In this document: in pieces, positions 47,724 to 56,301 of the stretch | Numbering within the stretch: the stretch's first letter is position 1 | Layout: every line of letters begins with the position of its first letter | NCBI GenBank assembly: GCA_036677065.1 | Contig: JAKFBS010000001.1 | Span: 544,001 to 608,000 of the forward strand | DNA from: Bdellovibrio sp. | GTDB lineage: Bacteria > Bdellovibrionota > Bdellovibrionia > Bdellovibrionales > Bdellovibrionaceae | DNA: 64,000 nucleotides | Reading direction: 5' to 3' | Made by a program: the position numbers and the translations under genes | Notes under the pieces: model-generated | Told to the model about the DNA's origin: nothing | The model's database searches: none | What the model saw: only the letters and a program-made list of their open reading frames with translations

Positions 47724-49766
47724 TTACTTAACGTGTTTTTTCATTTTCTCTGCTAAGTCGGCTTTTTCTTCAGCAGTTAACGAAAGCGGGTATAAACGAG
47801 AAACCCATTGTGGTGCGTACACTCTGTAGTAGTTGCCTTGAGAGTATTTTTCGCCGCGGAAACCACGATCACCTGATGAACCCATCCACCAACGAGAGTG
47901 GTAAGGTAGATCTTCGCGAGGGATAGTCATTAATTCACCGTTGTAGTCAGAAGCTTCAGTTCCTAACGCCTGAGCGATTGATTTGATCGCGGCATTGTCG
48001 GCTTCAACTGAACTTAAATTATCTAACTGAACGATTTGCACGCCAGATAATTTCATGCTTTCAACAATGGCTTTAGCTACAGGACCCACAGCTACTACAA
48101 CTTTGATATTTGAGTTTGCAGCTACTGTTGCGTAAATATTTTTGTAAGTTTCTGTCATTTCAGGTTTAGTTGCTCCTGCGATTAAATCAGAAGTGTTAAG
48201 ATCTAAAGTATCAACGGGTAGTGAACGTTGGATAAAGTAATTTAATCCAGCACCAGATCTTTTTAACATCGCCTGTAGTTTTTGACCTTCGGCTCCTGTT
48301 ACTGCCCGGGCAGAGAAAAAGTCATCGTGAGATGTTTGATCCATCACTACGTACACTTGGGCGCCACGGCCACGGCCACGATATGTGCCTGTATAACCGA
48401 AAGAATCATGACTGATGTAATTGATGCCTAATTGTTTCATGTTTGGCCAAGACACTAAAGCTTCTGATAAAGCACATGCACCTTGATCATAACGTAAATA
48501 ACCGCAAGGACCGTAATCGAAATCAGGACGGTCAGCAGACCAAGTTTTTGCATTATAACGAGGAGATTCGTAAGGTAAATCACGAGAAGACATACCGATT
48601 AAAGCTGTTTTCTTAGCGTTCATTCCAGAATCTAAATCTGCTGGTTTATATGGAAATTGCGAGTTTTTATCGTTGTATGCACCAGCATCAGAATAAACTT
48701 GGATTGAATTTGCACCCCAACGATTAGACGTTGTGCCTTCAGAACCCATTCTCCAGTTTGTGTTGAAGGCAAAGTCACGAAAAGGAATTGGAGCATAACC
48801 TTTATAAGTGTAACCCGCTTCTAAGCGCGCTACTAATTCTTCAGGAGTTGCTTTTTCGTCGATATCTTGTGGTAACCAGTTTTTGTTAGCCACTTTGTAA
48901 GAAGCTACACGTTGAGCCGCGCCAGAGAAACCGGCTTTGATGTTTTCCATCGCAGCGTCGCCACCTAAATTAGGATTAGCGCCACCTGGATGTGGAACAC
49001 CGATCGCTAAAATATCGTTTTTAATATCAACATTGTAGTTATCTTTGAACCATTTTTTCATTCCACGTGTATCACAGTTTTTTAATTCGTAAGCTACAGA
49101 ACATTTACCGCCACGAAAATTTACCCATGTCGCTAATGAAGCTTTACCGCCAGAACCAACACCCATGAATAATGAAACTGTATTCGCGTTTGTAATCATC
49201 ATGTTATCAAATAATTTGTGACGGTAATTAACGATCGGCGAATCGACACCTTGTTCAAGCCATTTAAAACGAGGATCGTCTTCAAGTTGTCCATTGATTG
49301 TGTACACGAAAGTATTTAAGAATAAATAACTGCGGTGAATGCCTAAGTGATTTAAAAATCTTTGTGTACGTGTTCCGGTAGAGCCCGTAAATGCGCGGTT
49401 AGAAACGTTTTCATCTTGAGCGCCTTCTTGGCCAACAACAAAAACTTTTACGCTTTCAGGAGTAAGACGGCCGCGATACCACATCGGACCAAATTCCCAA
49501 CGAAATTTTTCGTCAGTTTTTGCAGTTCCACCTAAAGCTTCGATACCTAAAGCACGGTAATTCGGAGTTGAACCAAAAAGTTCTACCCATTTAGAATCTG
49601 CAGGAGCTCCTGCATCGTATTCTGCCGGTGAACCACGACGGGCATCAAATGGTAAAGCTACGTTAATTGATTGCGGGTCACGTTGTTGTGTTGTGAACGG
49701 GGCGTGTGTGCACGACGCGATAGTCATCACACCAGCTAATAACAACGCTGTTGGTTTGAATTGCAT
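47724..49766 (-). CDS. Lipoprotein with two uracil-DNA-glycosylase-superfamily-like domains
   Basis: AAGGAG RBS, lipobox IASC; domain 1 VFVVGQEGAQDE..SNRAFTGSTG...YLFLNT...VPHPG; domain 2 VYVVMDQTSHDDFFSARAVTGAEGQKL...VVAVGPVA. Confidence 0.7.
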   Translation of the reverse strand: MQFKPTALLLAGVMTIASCTHAPFTTQQRDPQSINVALPFDARRGSPAEYDAGAPADSKWVELFGSTPNYRALGIEALGGTAKTDEKFRWEFGPMWYRGRLTPESVKVFVVGQEGAQDENVSNRAFTGSTGTRTQRFLNHLGIHRSYLFLNTFVYTINGQLEDDPRFKWLEQGVDSPIVNYRHKLFDNMMITNANTVSLFMGVGSGGKASLATWVNFRGGKCSVAYELKNCDTRGMKKWFKDNYNVDIKNDILAIGVPHPGGANPNLGGDAAMENIKAGFSGAAQRVASYKVANKNWLPQDIDEKATPEELVARLEAGYTYKGYAPIPFRDFAFNTNWRMGSEGTTSNRWGANSIQVYSDAGAYNDKNSQFPYKPADLDSGMNAKKTALIGMSSRDLPYESPRYNAKTWSADRPDFDYGPCGYLRYDQGACALSEALVSWPNMKQLGINYISHDSFGYTGTYRGRGRGAQVYVVMDQTSHDDFFSARAVTGAEGQKLQAMLKRSGAGLNYFIQRSLPVDTLDLNTSDLIAGATKPEMTETYKNIYATVAANSNIKVVVAVGPVAKAIVESMKLSGVQIVQLDNLSSVEADNAAIKSIAQALGTEASDYNGELMTIPREDLPYHSRWWMGSSGDRGFRGEKYSQGNYYRVYAPQWVSRLYPLSLTAEEKADLAEKMKKHVK

Positions 49767-49904
49767 AAAAGGGTCTCCTTAATTGTGTTAATACAACCCT
49801 TTTAGTTTATGGAATTTCGTGATTTTTTCATAGACCTGAAACATAACCCTTAAAGACCTTGGTCTAGTGAAATGTTTCAAGATTTGGTTAAGACTATTTT
49901 TCTA

Positions 49905-51566
49905 TTAATTTAACCGTTCTAACTGTTCAGCAAGCTTATCAAAGTTCTTGCTATCGGTCGACTTTGTCGGAGTTTGTGCCGCCCATTCTTTTGAAAATAG
50001 ATTCTTAATAACGCTTTTGTAGTTCTCGTCGTTACACGACGTTAGCGAGTCTAGTTGCGGAAACACAGATTTCATATTTGCCACTAGTTCAGATAACTTA
50101 AGCGGCGAGTTCATCACCTTTTGTTCGGCATATTTAGCACAAGCCACGTTACTTTGAGTTTGTTCGGCGGCAACGATTGAATCAGCGTTGTTTTCGGCGT
50201 CAGCTAATTTGCCTTGAGCGATTTTTAATTCTCCACCCACCATCACAAATTGAATTTCAGACTGCTGGGCAGTTACGATTTGTGTATATGGGTTTGAATT
50301 ACGAGATTTTAAACGAATCGCTACGATATCGGCAAAGTAGCCTTCTTCTAGGCGACCTAAGCGATCAGCTAATCTTAGCGCTTTCGCCGGATTGATCGTC
50401 ATCATTTCGAAAAGTTTTTTATCAGTTAATGATTTCATGCCTTTTGATTGACCGTAACGGCGCGCGATTTTAACTTCGTCTAATAAATTTTTTGTTCCTG
50501 ACGGCGTCCAATCAGAGCCTAAAGTGATATTTATATTTTGTTTTAAAGCTAATTCTGCATTTAAAGTATCACCATATAAAACTAAATTTGAAAACGGAGA
50601 CCACACAAGTGAAATTTCTTTTTTCGCAGCATCAGCTAAATCTTTTTCATCCATACCTACGCCGTGAATGATTACTAAACCTTTTTCTGCTAGGCCTAAT
50701 TTTTTTGCGAACTTATATTCTAATTTATTGTAAGTGTCTTTAGCACTGCCTTCTGATAAATGCACGATCAAGCTTCTGATTTCACCGGTTGTAACGATGC
50801 GAGTAAGGTAGCTGATATATTTTGTAACGCCTTCTAAGAATTGTGTTTGACGAGAATTAACTGCACCTTCTGTGGCTTGCAATGCTGTCGTTACTTCAGA
50901 GATTGATTTATTTTCTGAAATTACAGTGGGTAAGATTTTATCTTGATATAATAAAGCACCTTCTTGATTTACGATTTCCATGCTTGAACGCGCATCTGAA
51001 GCAATACCATAATCGCTTTCGATTTCTACGTTGCGGGCTAAGATGCCTTTTGTGCAAGTGTCGTCTTGTCCGATACCTTGAACACTTGTTACACCACCTG
51101 CTAAGGCTTTTATTTCAGCGTACTGGTAAGTTTGGCAATATAAAGAATCTTTATCGCTGGCTGTACCCAGTACAGGGTTATTTAGCGGCCCTGTTACATT
51201 TTTTTTGTAACCAGGAAGTCCGCGCCAGTTAAAGCGGTTACCAAACTGACCGTGGGCTTCATTCCATAATGGAATCACATTATATTTTAAGTGACCGTGC
51301 AAATCGATAAATCCTGAAGATAAAATTACGCGGCCGATATCAGCTTCAAGAATTTTTTTAATATCACGAGAAACTTCAAATGGAGTTGTCGATTTTTTAG
51401 TGATTTTACCGTCTTCGATTAATAAATAAATTTTGCGCGAACGTAACTCAGGCTTGGCTGGATCTGGTTCGTAACCTTCGATGTAAGTACCGGCAGCCAT
51501 CGCTGTACTGGTTAAGGCAAATGTGGTGAGCAAAGCTGAAAGAACATTAAAAAATGGTTTTTTCAT
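49905..51566 (-). CDS. Secreted metal-dependent amidohydrolase (nucleobase/nucleoside deaminase-like)
   Basis: Signal peptide MKKPFF...TAMA; GFIDLHGH, VHLSEG, IHGVG, WSPFSN, LGSDW, TINPAKAL and GRLEEG..AD motifs. Confidence 0.85.
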   Translation of the reverse strand: MKKPFFNVLSALLTTFALTSTAMAAGTYIEGYEPDPAKPELRSRKIYLLIEDGKITKKSTTPFEVSRDIKKILEADIGRVILSSGFIDLHGHLKYNVIPLWNEAHGQFGNRFNWRGLPGYKKNVTGPLNNPVLGTASDKDSLYCQTYQYAEIKALAGGVTSVQGIGQDDTCTKGILARNVEIESDYGIASDARSSMEIVNQEGALLYQDKILPTVISENKSISEVTTALQATEGAVNSRQTQFLEGVTKYISYLTRIVTTGEIRSLIVHLSEGSAKDTYNKLEYKFAKKLGLAEKGLVIIHGVGMDEKDLADAAKKEISLVWSPFSNLVLYGDTLNAELALKQNINITLGSDWTPSGTKNLLDEVKIARRYGQSKGMKSLTDKKLFEMMTINPAKALRLADRLGRLEEGYFADIVAIRLKSRNSNPYTQIVTAQQSEIQFVMVGGELKIAQGKLADAENNADSIVAAEQTQSNVACAKYAEQKVMNSPLKLSELVANMKSVFPQLDSLTSCNDENYKSVIKNLFSKEWAAQTPTKSTDSKNFDKLAEQLERLN

Positions 51567-51684
51567 AGTGTCAAACTTCTGGCCAGTAGCCATTAATTGG
51601 CTGCTTGGCCTTGAGCCAAAGCAACCACATTTGTCTTGTTAATATTAACGTAACTATGAAGATTTAATTGCAAAAACAGAGCTA

Positions 51685-52920
51685 TTATTTAACTTCTTGA
51701 ACTGAATTTTCGTCAAATGGCACGAAAGCCTGAGGTTTGTAGTTGTCTACCGGATCTTTACCACCGTTAGATTTGATGATACTTGCTAAGAAATTGCGGA
51801 TGCTTGTGTAATCTTTTGTTGAAGAGGTTGCGTGAAAGAAAACAACACCATCTTGAGTTAAAGCGGCACCGGCTAATGAAACCGATTGCGAGATTGTTCC
51901 GGTTTTTGCTAATACAGACTCATCTGTATTATTTGTAAGATAGATATTTGTTACTGTTGAGTTACCATCCGAGCGCGCATCTGCACCAGCTAACGGTAAG
52001 ACGTAACGTAAAGCTTTGCCTTGTTTTGCAGCCAGCTGAGTTAAACGTTTCATCACTTCTACAACCGTACGGCAGCTGGCAGAGTTATAAACTTTACGAC
52101 CATTAACATACTCTGGGTAACCAGAACCATTGTAGAAAGAAAATTCTTTTTCACCAGCGCCAACAACTTTTGTTAAGTAGGTGCTGAATTTCTCAGTACG
52201 TGATAAACGTTCGTAAACTTTGTCGGCCGCAAAATTGTGCGAGTTGCGGTTTAATTCTTTTAGAGTGCGGTGTAATTCAGAAGAGCGGATCATAAAAGTT
52301 GAAGTTGCATTCGCTGGGTTAAACACTTTCATAGATTGAGCGGCGATATTTTTAACAGAAAGACTAGCTGACTTAGGTAAAGTCATTTTAACTAAAGGCT
52401 GAGTTTTAGCTAAATACGCCGAGTAACGTGTTTTCAACCCTGTAACATCAGCGCGCAATTCGCGCATGATATCAGTTTCAGACTGTTCGCCGTTAGAGTG
52501 AACTAGGTCGCTTTTTGATCTTACGATAGACGCGTACTCAAAGTTTTCATCGTAAGTTAATTCGTTAATTTGTTTAATTCCACGTTTATTTAATTCACCG
52601 ATTAAAAAGTAGAACATCACGCGGTCAAAGTAAGGAAAAGCTGATCCACGCAAATGAACGTTGGCCGTGCCATCGTTTTGTTTTGTAATATAAACCTGAG
52701 TTGGATAGCGGTAATCTAAACCTAAACGCTCAGCGGCCCATAATGAAGTGAACACTTTAGATACTGAAGCGATCGGCATGCTAGTGTTGGCGTTGCTTGA
52801 ACCTTTAAGGCCGCCATTATAGCCTTCTTCTGAACAGCTAGTGATTAGGCGGGCTTGTGCAGTCGTTGTAGCTAAGATAACAAGACCTGCGATTAAAGTT
52901 TTAAGTACTGGCGCTTTCAT
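51685..52920 (-). CDS. Secreted DacB/PBP4-like DD-endo/carboxypeptidase (S13)
   Basis: Signal peptide from ATG 52920 (GGAAGGA RBS); ASVSK (SxxK), SHN (SxN), NGSG, KTGT (KTG). Confidence 0.88.
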   Translation of the reverse strand: MKAPVLKTLIAGLVILATTTAQARLITSCSEEGYNGGLKGSSNANTSMPIASVSKVFTSLWAAERLGLDYRYPTQVYITKQNDGTANVHLRGSAFPYFDRVMFYFLIGELNKRGIKQINELTYDENFEYASIVRSKSDLVHSNGEQSETDIMRELRADVTGLKTRYSAYLAKTQPLVKMTLPKSASLSVKNIAAQSMKVFNPANATSTFMIRSSELHRTLKELNRNSHNFAADKVYERLSRTEKFSTYLTKVVGAGEKEFSFYNGSGYPEYVNGRKVYNSASCRTVVEVMKRLTQLAAKQGKALRYVLPLAGADARSDGNSTVTNIYLTNNTDESVLAKTGTISQSVSLAGAALTQDGVVFFHATSSTKDYTSIRNFLASIIKSNGGKDPVDNYKPQAFVPFDENSVQEVK

Positions 52921-53028
52921 AACGTCGTCCTTCCAAAAAGGGTTGGGCTTGGGCTTGGGGTTGGACGAAGAATAAATGAAAGAGTGTGGAACCGATAGAC
53001 GCAAACTTTGTCGCTACTTTTTTACTCG

Positions 53029-53049
53029 AAAGTAGTTACAAGTTCGACA
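53029..53049. repeat. 21-bp intergenic motif, copy 2
   Basis: AAAGTAGTTACAAGTTCGACA; runs into the palindrome GTTCGACA-A-TGTCGAAC. Confidence 0.6.
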
Positions 53050-53103
53050 ATGTCGAACTTGTTTTCTCAGAGACAGTTTGTGTCACTTTTGACTATTGTT
53101 TTG

Positions 53104-53652
53104 CTATTTTTCGAGTGTGCGCCAGTTATAATTGTTTATAAGCTGGTTACACATATTTGCAGTCATCGAAAAGTAATCTGCTTTATCGATGCAACTGGCG
53201 ATCGTGATTTTTTCATCGGCGGCCAAAAAGATTTGGCGTGATTGGGTCAGTTTATTTTTTTGCATTAAATCGATAACCACGGCCGGAATATTATTAATTT
53301 TAATCGAACGGCTTGAAAGCACTTCAAAGCCATACTGGTTATAATCACGTAAATACTTTTTGGCATAAGACTCAAGATTTACTTTACCGCGGTAAGTTTC
53401 GGTTTTTAGGCTTAAGCGGGCTGATTCAGATAAAGTTTTAAAGCCCATGTCGATCTGTTGGTTGGCAGGTAGGCGGTTTTGCGATGGGTTTTCTAAAAAC
53501 ACCCATTCATCCGAGACTAATTTAAAAGAAAAACCCATTTGCGAAAAAGCGGTATTCCATTTCGGAGAATTCACAGCTGACGAACCCGTTGTCGGAAGTG
53601 GAGCCGCGTTTGCAAACATTGGAAGTAAGATAGCTAGGATGATTGATCTCAT
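53104..53652 (-). CDS. Secreted hypothetical protein (possibly PsbP-like fold)
   Basis: Signal peptide MRSIILAILLPMFANA; terminal Cys pair. Confidence 0.7.
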   Translation of the reverse strand: MRSIILAILLPMFANAAPLPTTGSSAVNSPKWNTAFSQMGFSFKLVSDEWVFLENPSQNRLPANQQIDMGFKTLSESARLSLKTETYRGKVNLESYAKKYLRDYNQYGFEVLSSRSIKINNIPAVVIDLMQKNKLTQSRQIFLAADEKITIASCIDKADYFSMTANMCNQLINNYNWRTLEK

Positions 53653-53661
53653 AGAATAAGC

Positions 53662-54663
53662 TTACCTTGATTTTTCCATATGGCTTAAGATTTTTTTCAT
53701 TAAGCTTGTGGGATTCACTTTAGAGATATCTGAGCGCTTAGCCCAAAGTCCAGGTGCCTTAGCGGTGGTTTTACCTGTTTTAAGGGTAACAAAGATTTCG
53801 TACTTTGTTACCGCATGTTTAAAATGAAAGTCTTTGGGCTTTTTAGTCACAAGCTTTGCTTGTGATGGTGGAAGCATGAGTTTTTTTAGAAACGGGGTTT
53901 CTTCGTTTGTTTCTAAATAGATCTGTTCATTCTTTTCAGAAACGTTAAAGGTCCACTCCCAGATTTGAAACTTTTCTTTTTCTTTTTTGCGGGGAATAAG
54001 CTGGATAAGATCTTTTTTATTACTTACGCAGTCTTTTTTCCAGGGGCACATCATGCACATCACTTTTTTTGGTGTGCAAACGGTAGCGCCTAATTCCATG
54101 AGGCCCTGATTTACTTCAGAATTAAATTCAGTTTCCGCCATGATGTCAGCGATGTCTTGTAATTTTTGGCGCTCTTTGGTTTCCCACCAATTAGATTGGA
54201 TGCCGTACTTGCGACTTAACACCCGAATCACATTACCATCTAAGACACCAACTTTTTCACCGAAGGCAAGACTTGCGATGGCGCGTGAAGTGTAAGGCCC
54301 AAGCCCTGGGTATTCGATAAGTTCAGCCGCAGTTTTTGGAAAACCAGTTTCAGCGAACATGATTGCAGCTTTATGTAAGTTGCGGGCGCGCGAATAATAA
54401 CCAAGGCCTGCCCAGTATTCGTAAACATCTTCAATTGTGGCGTTAGCTAAATCTTTAACCGTCGGAAAACGGTTCATAAATTTTTCGTAAAAAGGAATCA
54501 CTGCAGTCACAGTTGTTTGTTGCAGCATGACTTCGGAAATCCAAATACGATAGGGGTCTTTTGACCCTCGCGAACCTGTTGGATTGCGCCACGGTAAAAC
54601 GCGTTTATTTTCGTTATACCAGGCGATCAGGCTATCGCGATCTTTTTCAAATTGCTTTGTCAT
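53662..54663 (-). CDS. mutY: A/G-specific adenine glycosylase
   Basis: LPWR, PYRIWISEVMLQQT, WAGLGYYSRARNL, LDGNV.RV and the Fe-S motif C..C..C..C; shortened C-terminal domain. Confidence 0.95.
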   Translation of the reverse strand: MTKQFEKDRDSLIAWYNENKRVLPWRNPTGSRGSKDPYRIWISEVMLQQTTVTAVIPFYEKFMNRFPTVKDLANATIEDVYEYWAGLGYYSRARNLHKAAIMFAETGFPKTAAELIEYPGLGPYTSRAIASLAFGEKVGVLDGNVIRVLSRKYGIQSNWWETKERQKLQDIADIMAETEFNSEVNQGLMELGATVCTPKKVMCMMCPWKKDCVSNKKDLIQLIPRKKEKEKFQIWEWTFNVSEKNEQIYLETNEETPFLKKLMLPPSQAKLVTKKPKDFHFKHAVTKYEIFVTLKTGKTTAKAPGLWAKRSDISKVNPTSLMKKILSHMEKSR

Positions 54664-54689
54664 ACCAAAGGTATATACGATATTCCTCT

Positions 54690-55709
54690 ATGGCAAAAGC
54701 ACAAAAACCGACGAAAAAATCAGCCGCAAAAACAACTACTAAAACTTCAGCAGCTGCGGCGCCTCAGCCAGCCGCGCCAAATCGCTACAAACCCCTAAGT
54801 GGGCGCGAATTTCCGCGCTTTTCAGCGATTAAAACGTTTTTTCGCTTACCGGTAGCGGATCTTAACGAAGATTTCGACATCGCTTTATTCGGAACGCCGT
54901 ACGACGGTGGTGTCAGTTACCGCCCTGGAGCACGATTTGCGCCGACGCTCGTTCGTGAGTGTTCAAGCTTAGGCCGTGGTTTTCACATGACTCGCGCGAT
55001 GAGTTTATTTGAAAAATTAAAATTCGCAGATATCGGTGACTGCCCAGTTGTGCCGATTGATCAAAAGCAAACGTATAAAAATATCGAAAAGTTTTCTGCA
55101 GATATTTTAAAGCACGGTAAAAAATTTATTTCTATCGGCGGGGATCATTCGACAACGCTTCCGCTGTTGCGTTCTATGCATAAAAAATATGGAAAATTAA
55201 ATTTTATCCATTTCGATGCGCATTTAGACACATACCCTGCAGCTTGGGGTTGTGAATACCATCACGGCGCTTTTGCCCGTCACGCAGTTGAAGAAGGCTT
55301 AGTTAATCCTAAGAACATGTTACAAATCGGCATTCGTGGGCCGTTAGCAGCGGTTGATGATTTAGATTTTATTAAAAAACATAAAATTAAAGTTTTAACT
55401 GTGGATGATATTAAGCAAAAGCCATTGGCTGAAGTTTTAAAATCATTACCGAAATTCACAGGGCCTACGTACATCAGTTTTGATATTGATTGTTTAGATC
55501 CTGCCTATGCTCCGGGAACTGGAACTCCAGTGCCAGGTGGTTTAACGACGTATGAAACTCAACAAATCTTACGTGCTTTAAAAATTGATAACTTAGTGGG
55601 CGCAGATATTGTTGAAGTGTCACCGCCATTTGATAGTTCACAGATCACGGGCCTTGCGGCTGTGGATACGATGTTTGAATTAATGTGCTTAATGGGCGGA
55701 GGCCGCTAA
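54690..55709 (+). CDS. speB: Agmatinase (ureohydrolase family)
   Basis: RPGARFAP, GGDHS, HFDAHLD, SFDIDCLDP..APGTGTP..GGL and DIVEVSP motifs. Confidence 0.9.
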   Translation: MAKAQKPTKKSAAKTTTKTSAAAAPQPAAPNRYKPLSGREFPRFSAIKTFFRLPVADLNEDFDIALFGTPYDGGVSYRPGARFAPTLVRECSSLGRGFHMTRAMSLFEKLKFADIGDCPVVPIDQKQTYKNIEKFSADILKHGKKFISIGGDHSTTLPLLRSMHKKYGKLNFIHFDAHLDTYPAAWGCEYHHGAFARHAVEEGLVNPKNMLQIGIRGPLAAVDDLDFIKKHKIKVLTVDDIKQKPLAEVLKSLPKFTGPTYISFDIDCLDPAYAPGTGTPVPGGLTTYETQQILRALKIDNLVGADIVEVSPPFDSSQITGLAAVDTMFELMCLMGGGR

Positions 55710-56194
55710 TGGGACGTGAGATTGCTGTGATCGCTGCCGGATGTTTCTGGGGAGTTGAAGAATTATTACGTGAATTAGACGGCGTCATCGACACTGAAGT
55801 TGGTTATTGCAATGGTGATGGTGAAAATCCAGTTTATAATTTGGTGAAAACCGGAACTACAGGCCATGCAGAAGCTGTGAAGATCACTTTTGATCCAGAT
55901 AAAATTTCGTACGCTGATTTAATTCGTAAGTTTTATAAATTACATGATCCAACGACGAAGAACCAACAGGGTAATGACGTCGGTACACAATACCGCTCAG
56001 CAATTTTTTACGTATCTGAAGCGCAAAAAGCGACGGCTGAAGAAGTGACTAAAGAAGTCGAAGCCAGCGGCGTTTGGAAAAAACCAATCGTGACTGAAAT
56101 CGTGTTATTAAAAAAATTCTGGAGTGCAGAAGATTACCATCAGGATTATTTGCAAAAAAATCCAGACGGATACATGTGCCACTTCTGGCGCTAA
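55709..56194 (+). CDS. msrA: Peptide methionine sulfoxide reductase A
   Basis: GCFWG, GHAEAV, QGND.GTQYRS and AEDYHQDY motifs; TAATG coupling to speB. Confidence 0.96.
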   Translation: MGREIAVIAAGCFWGVEELLRELDGVIDTEVGYCNGDGENPVYNLVKTGTTGHAEAVKITFDPDKISYADLIRKFYKLHDPTTKNQQGNDVGTQYRSAIFYVSEAQKATAEEVTKEVEASGVWKKPIVTEIVLLKKFWSAEDYHQDYLQKNPDGYMCHFWR

Positions 56195-56199
56195 TTTCA

Positions 56200-56243
56200 C
56201 GCTCAGGGTTTTAGCTAGCAAATGCTAGCTGAACTCCCGAGCG
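56200..56243. terminator. Long hairpin between convergent msrA and ubiB-like genes
   Basis: CGCTC...TAGCTAGCA-aa-TGCTAGCTG...GAGCG. Confidence 0.55.
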
Positions 56244-56301
56244 ATTTTAATGCGTCATAAAAGTGGATAGACCTAACAGCTTTTGCATTTTTTAGACCTG
56301 A

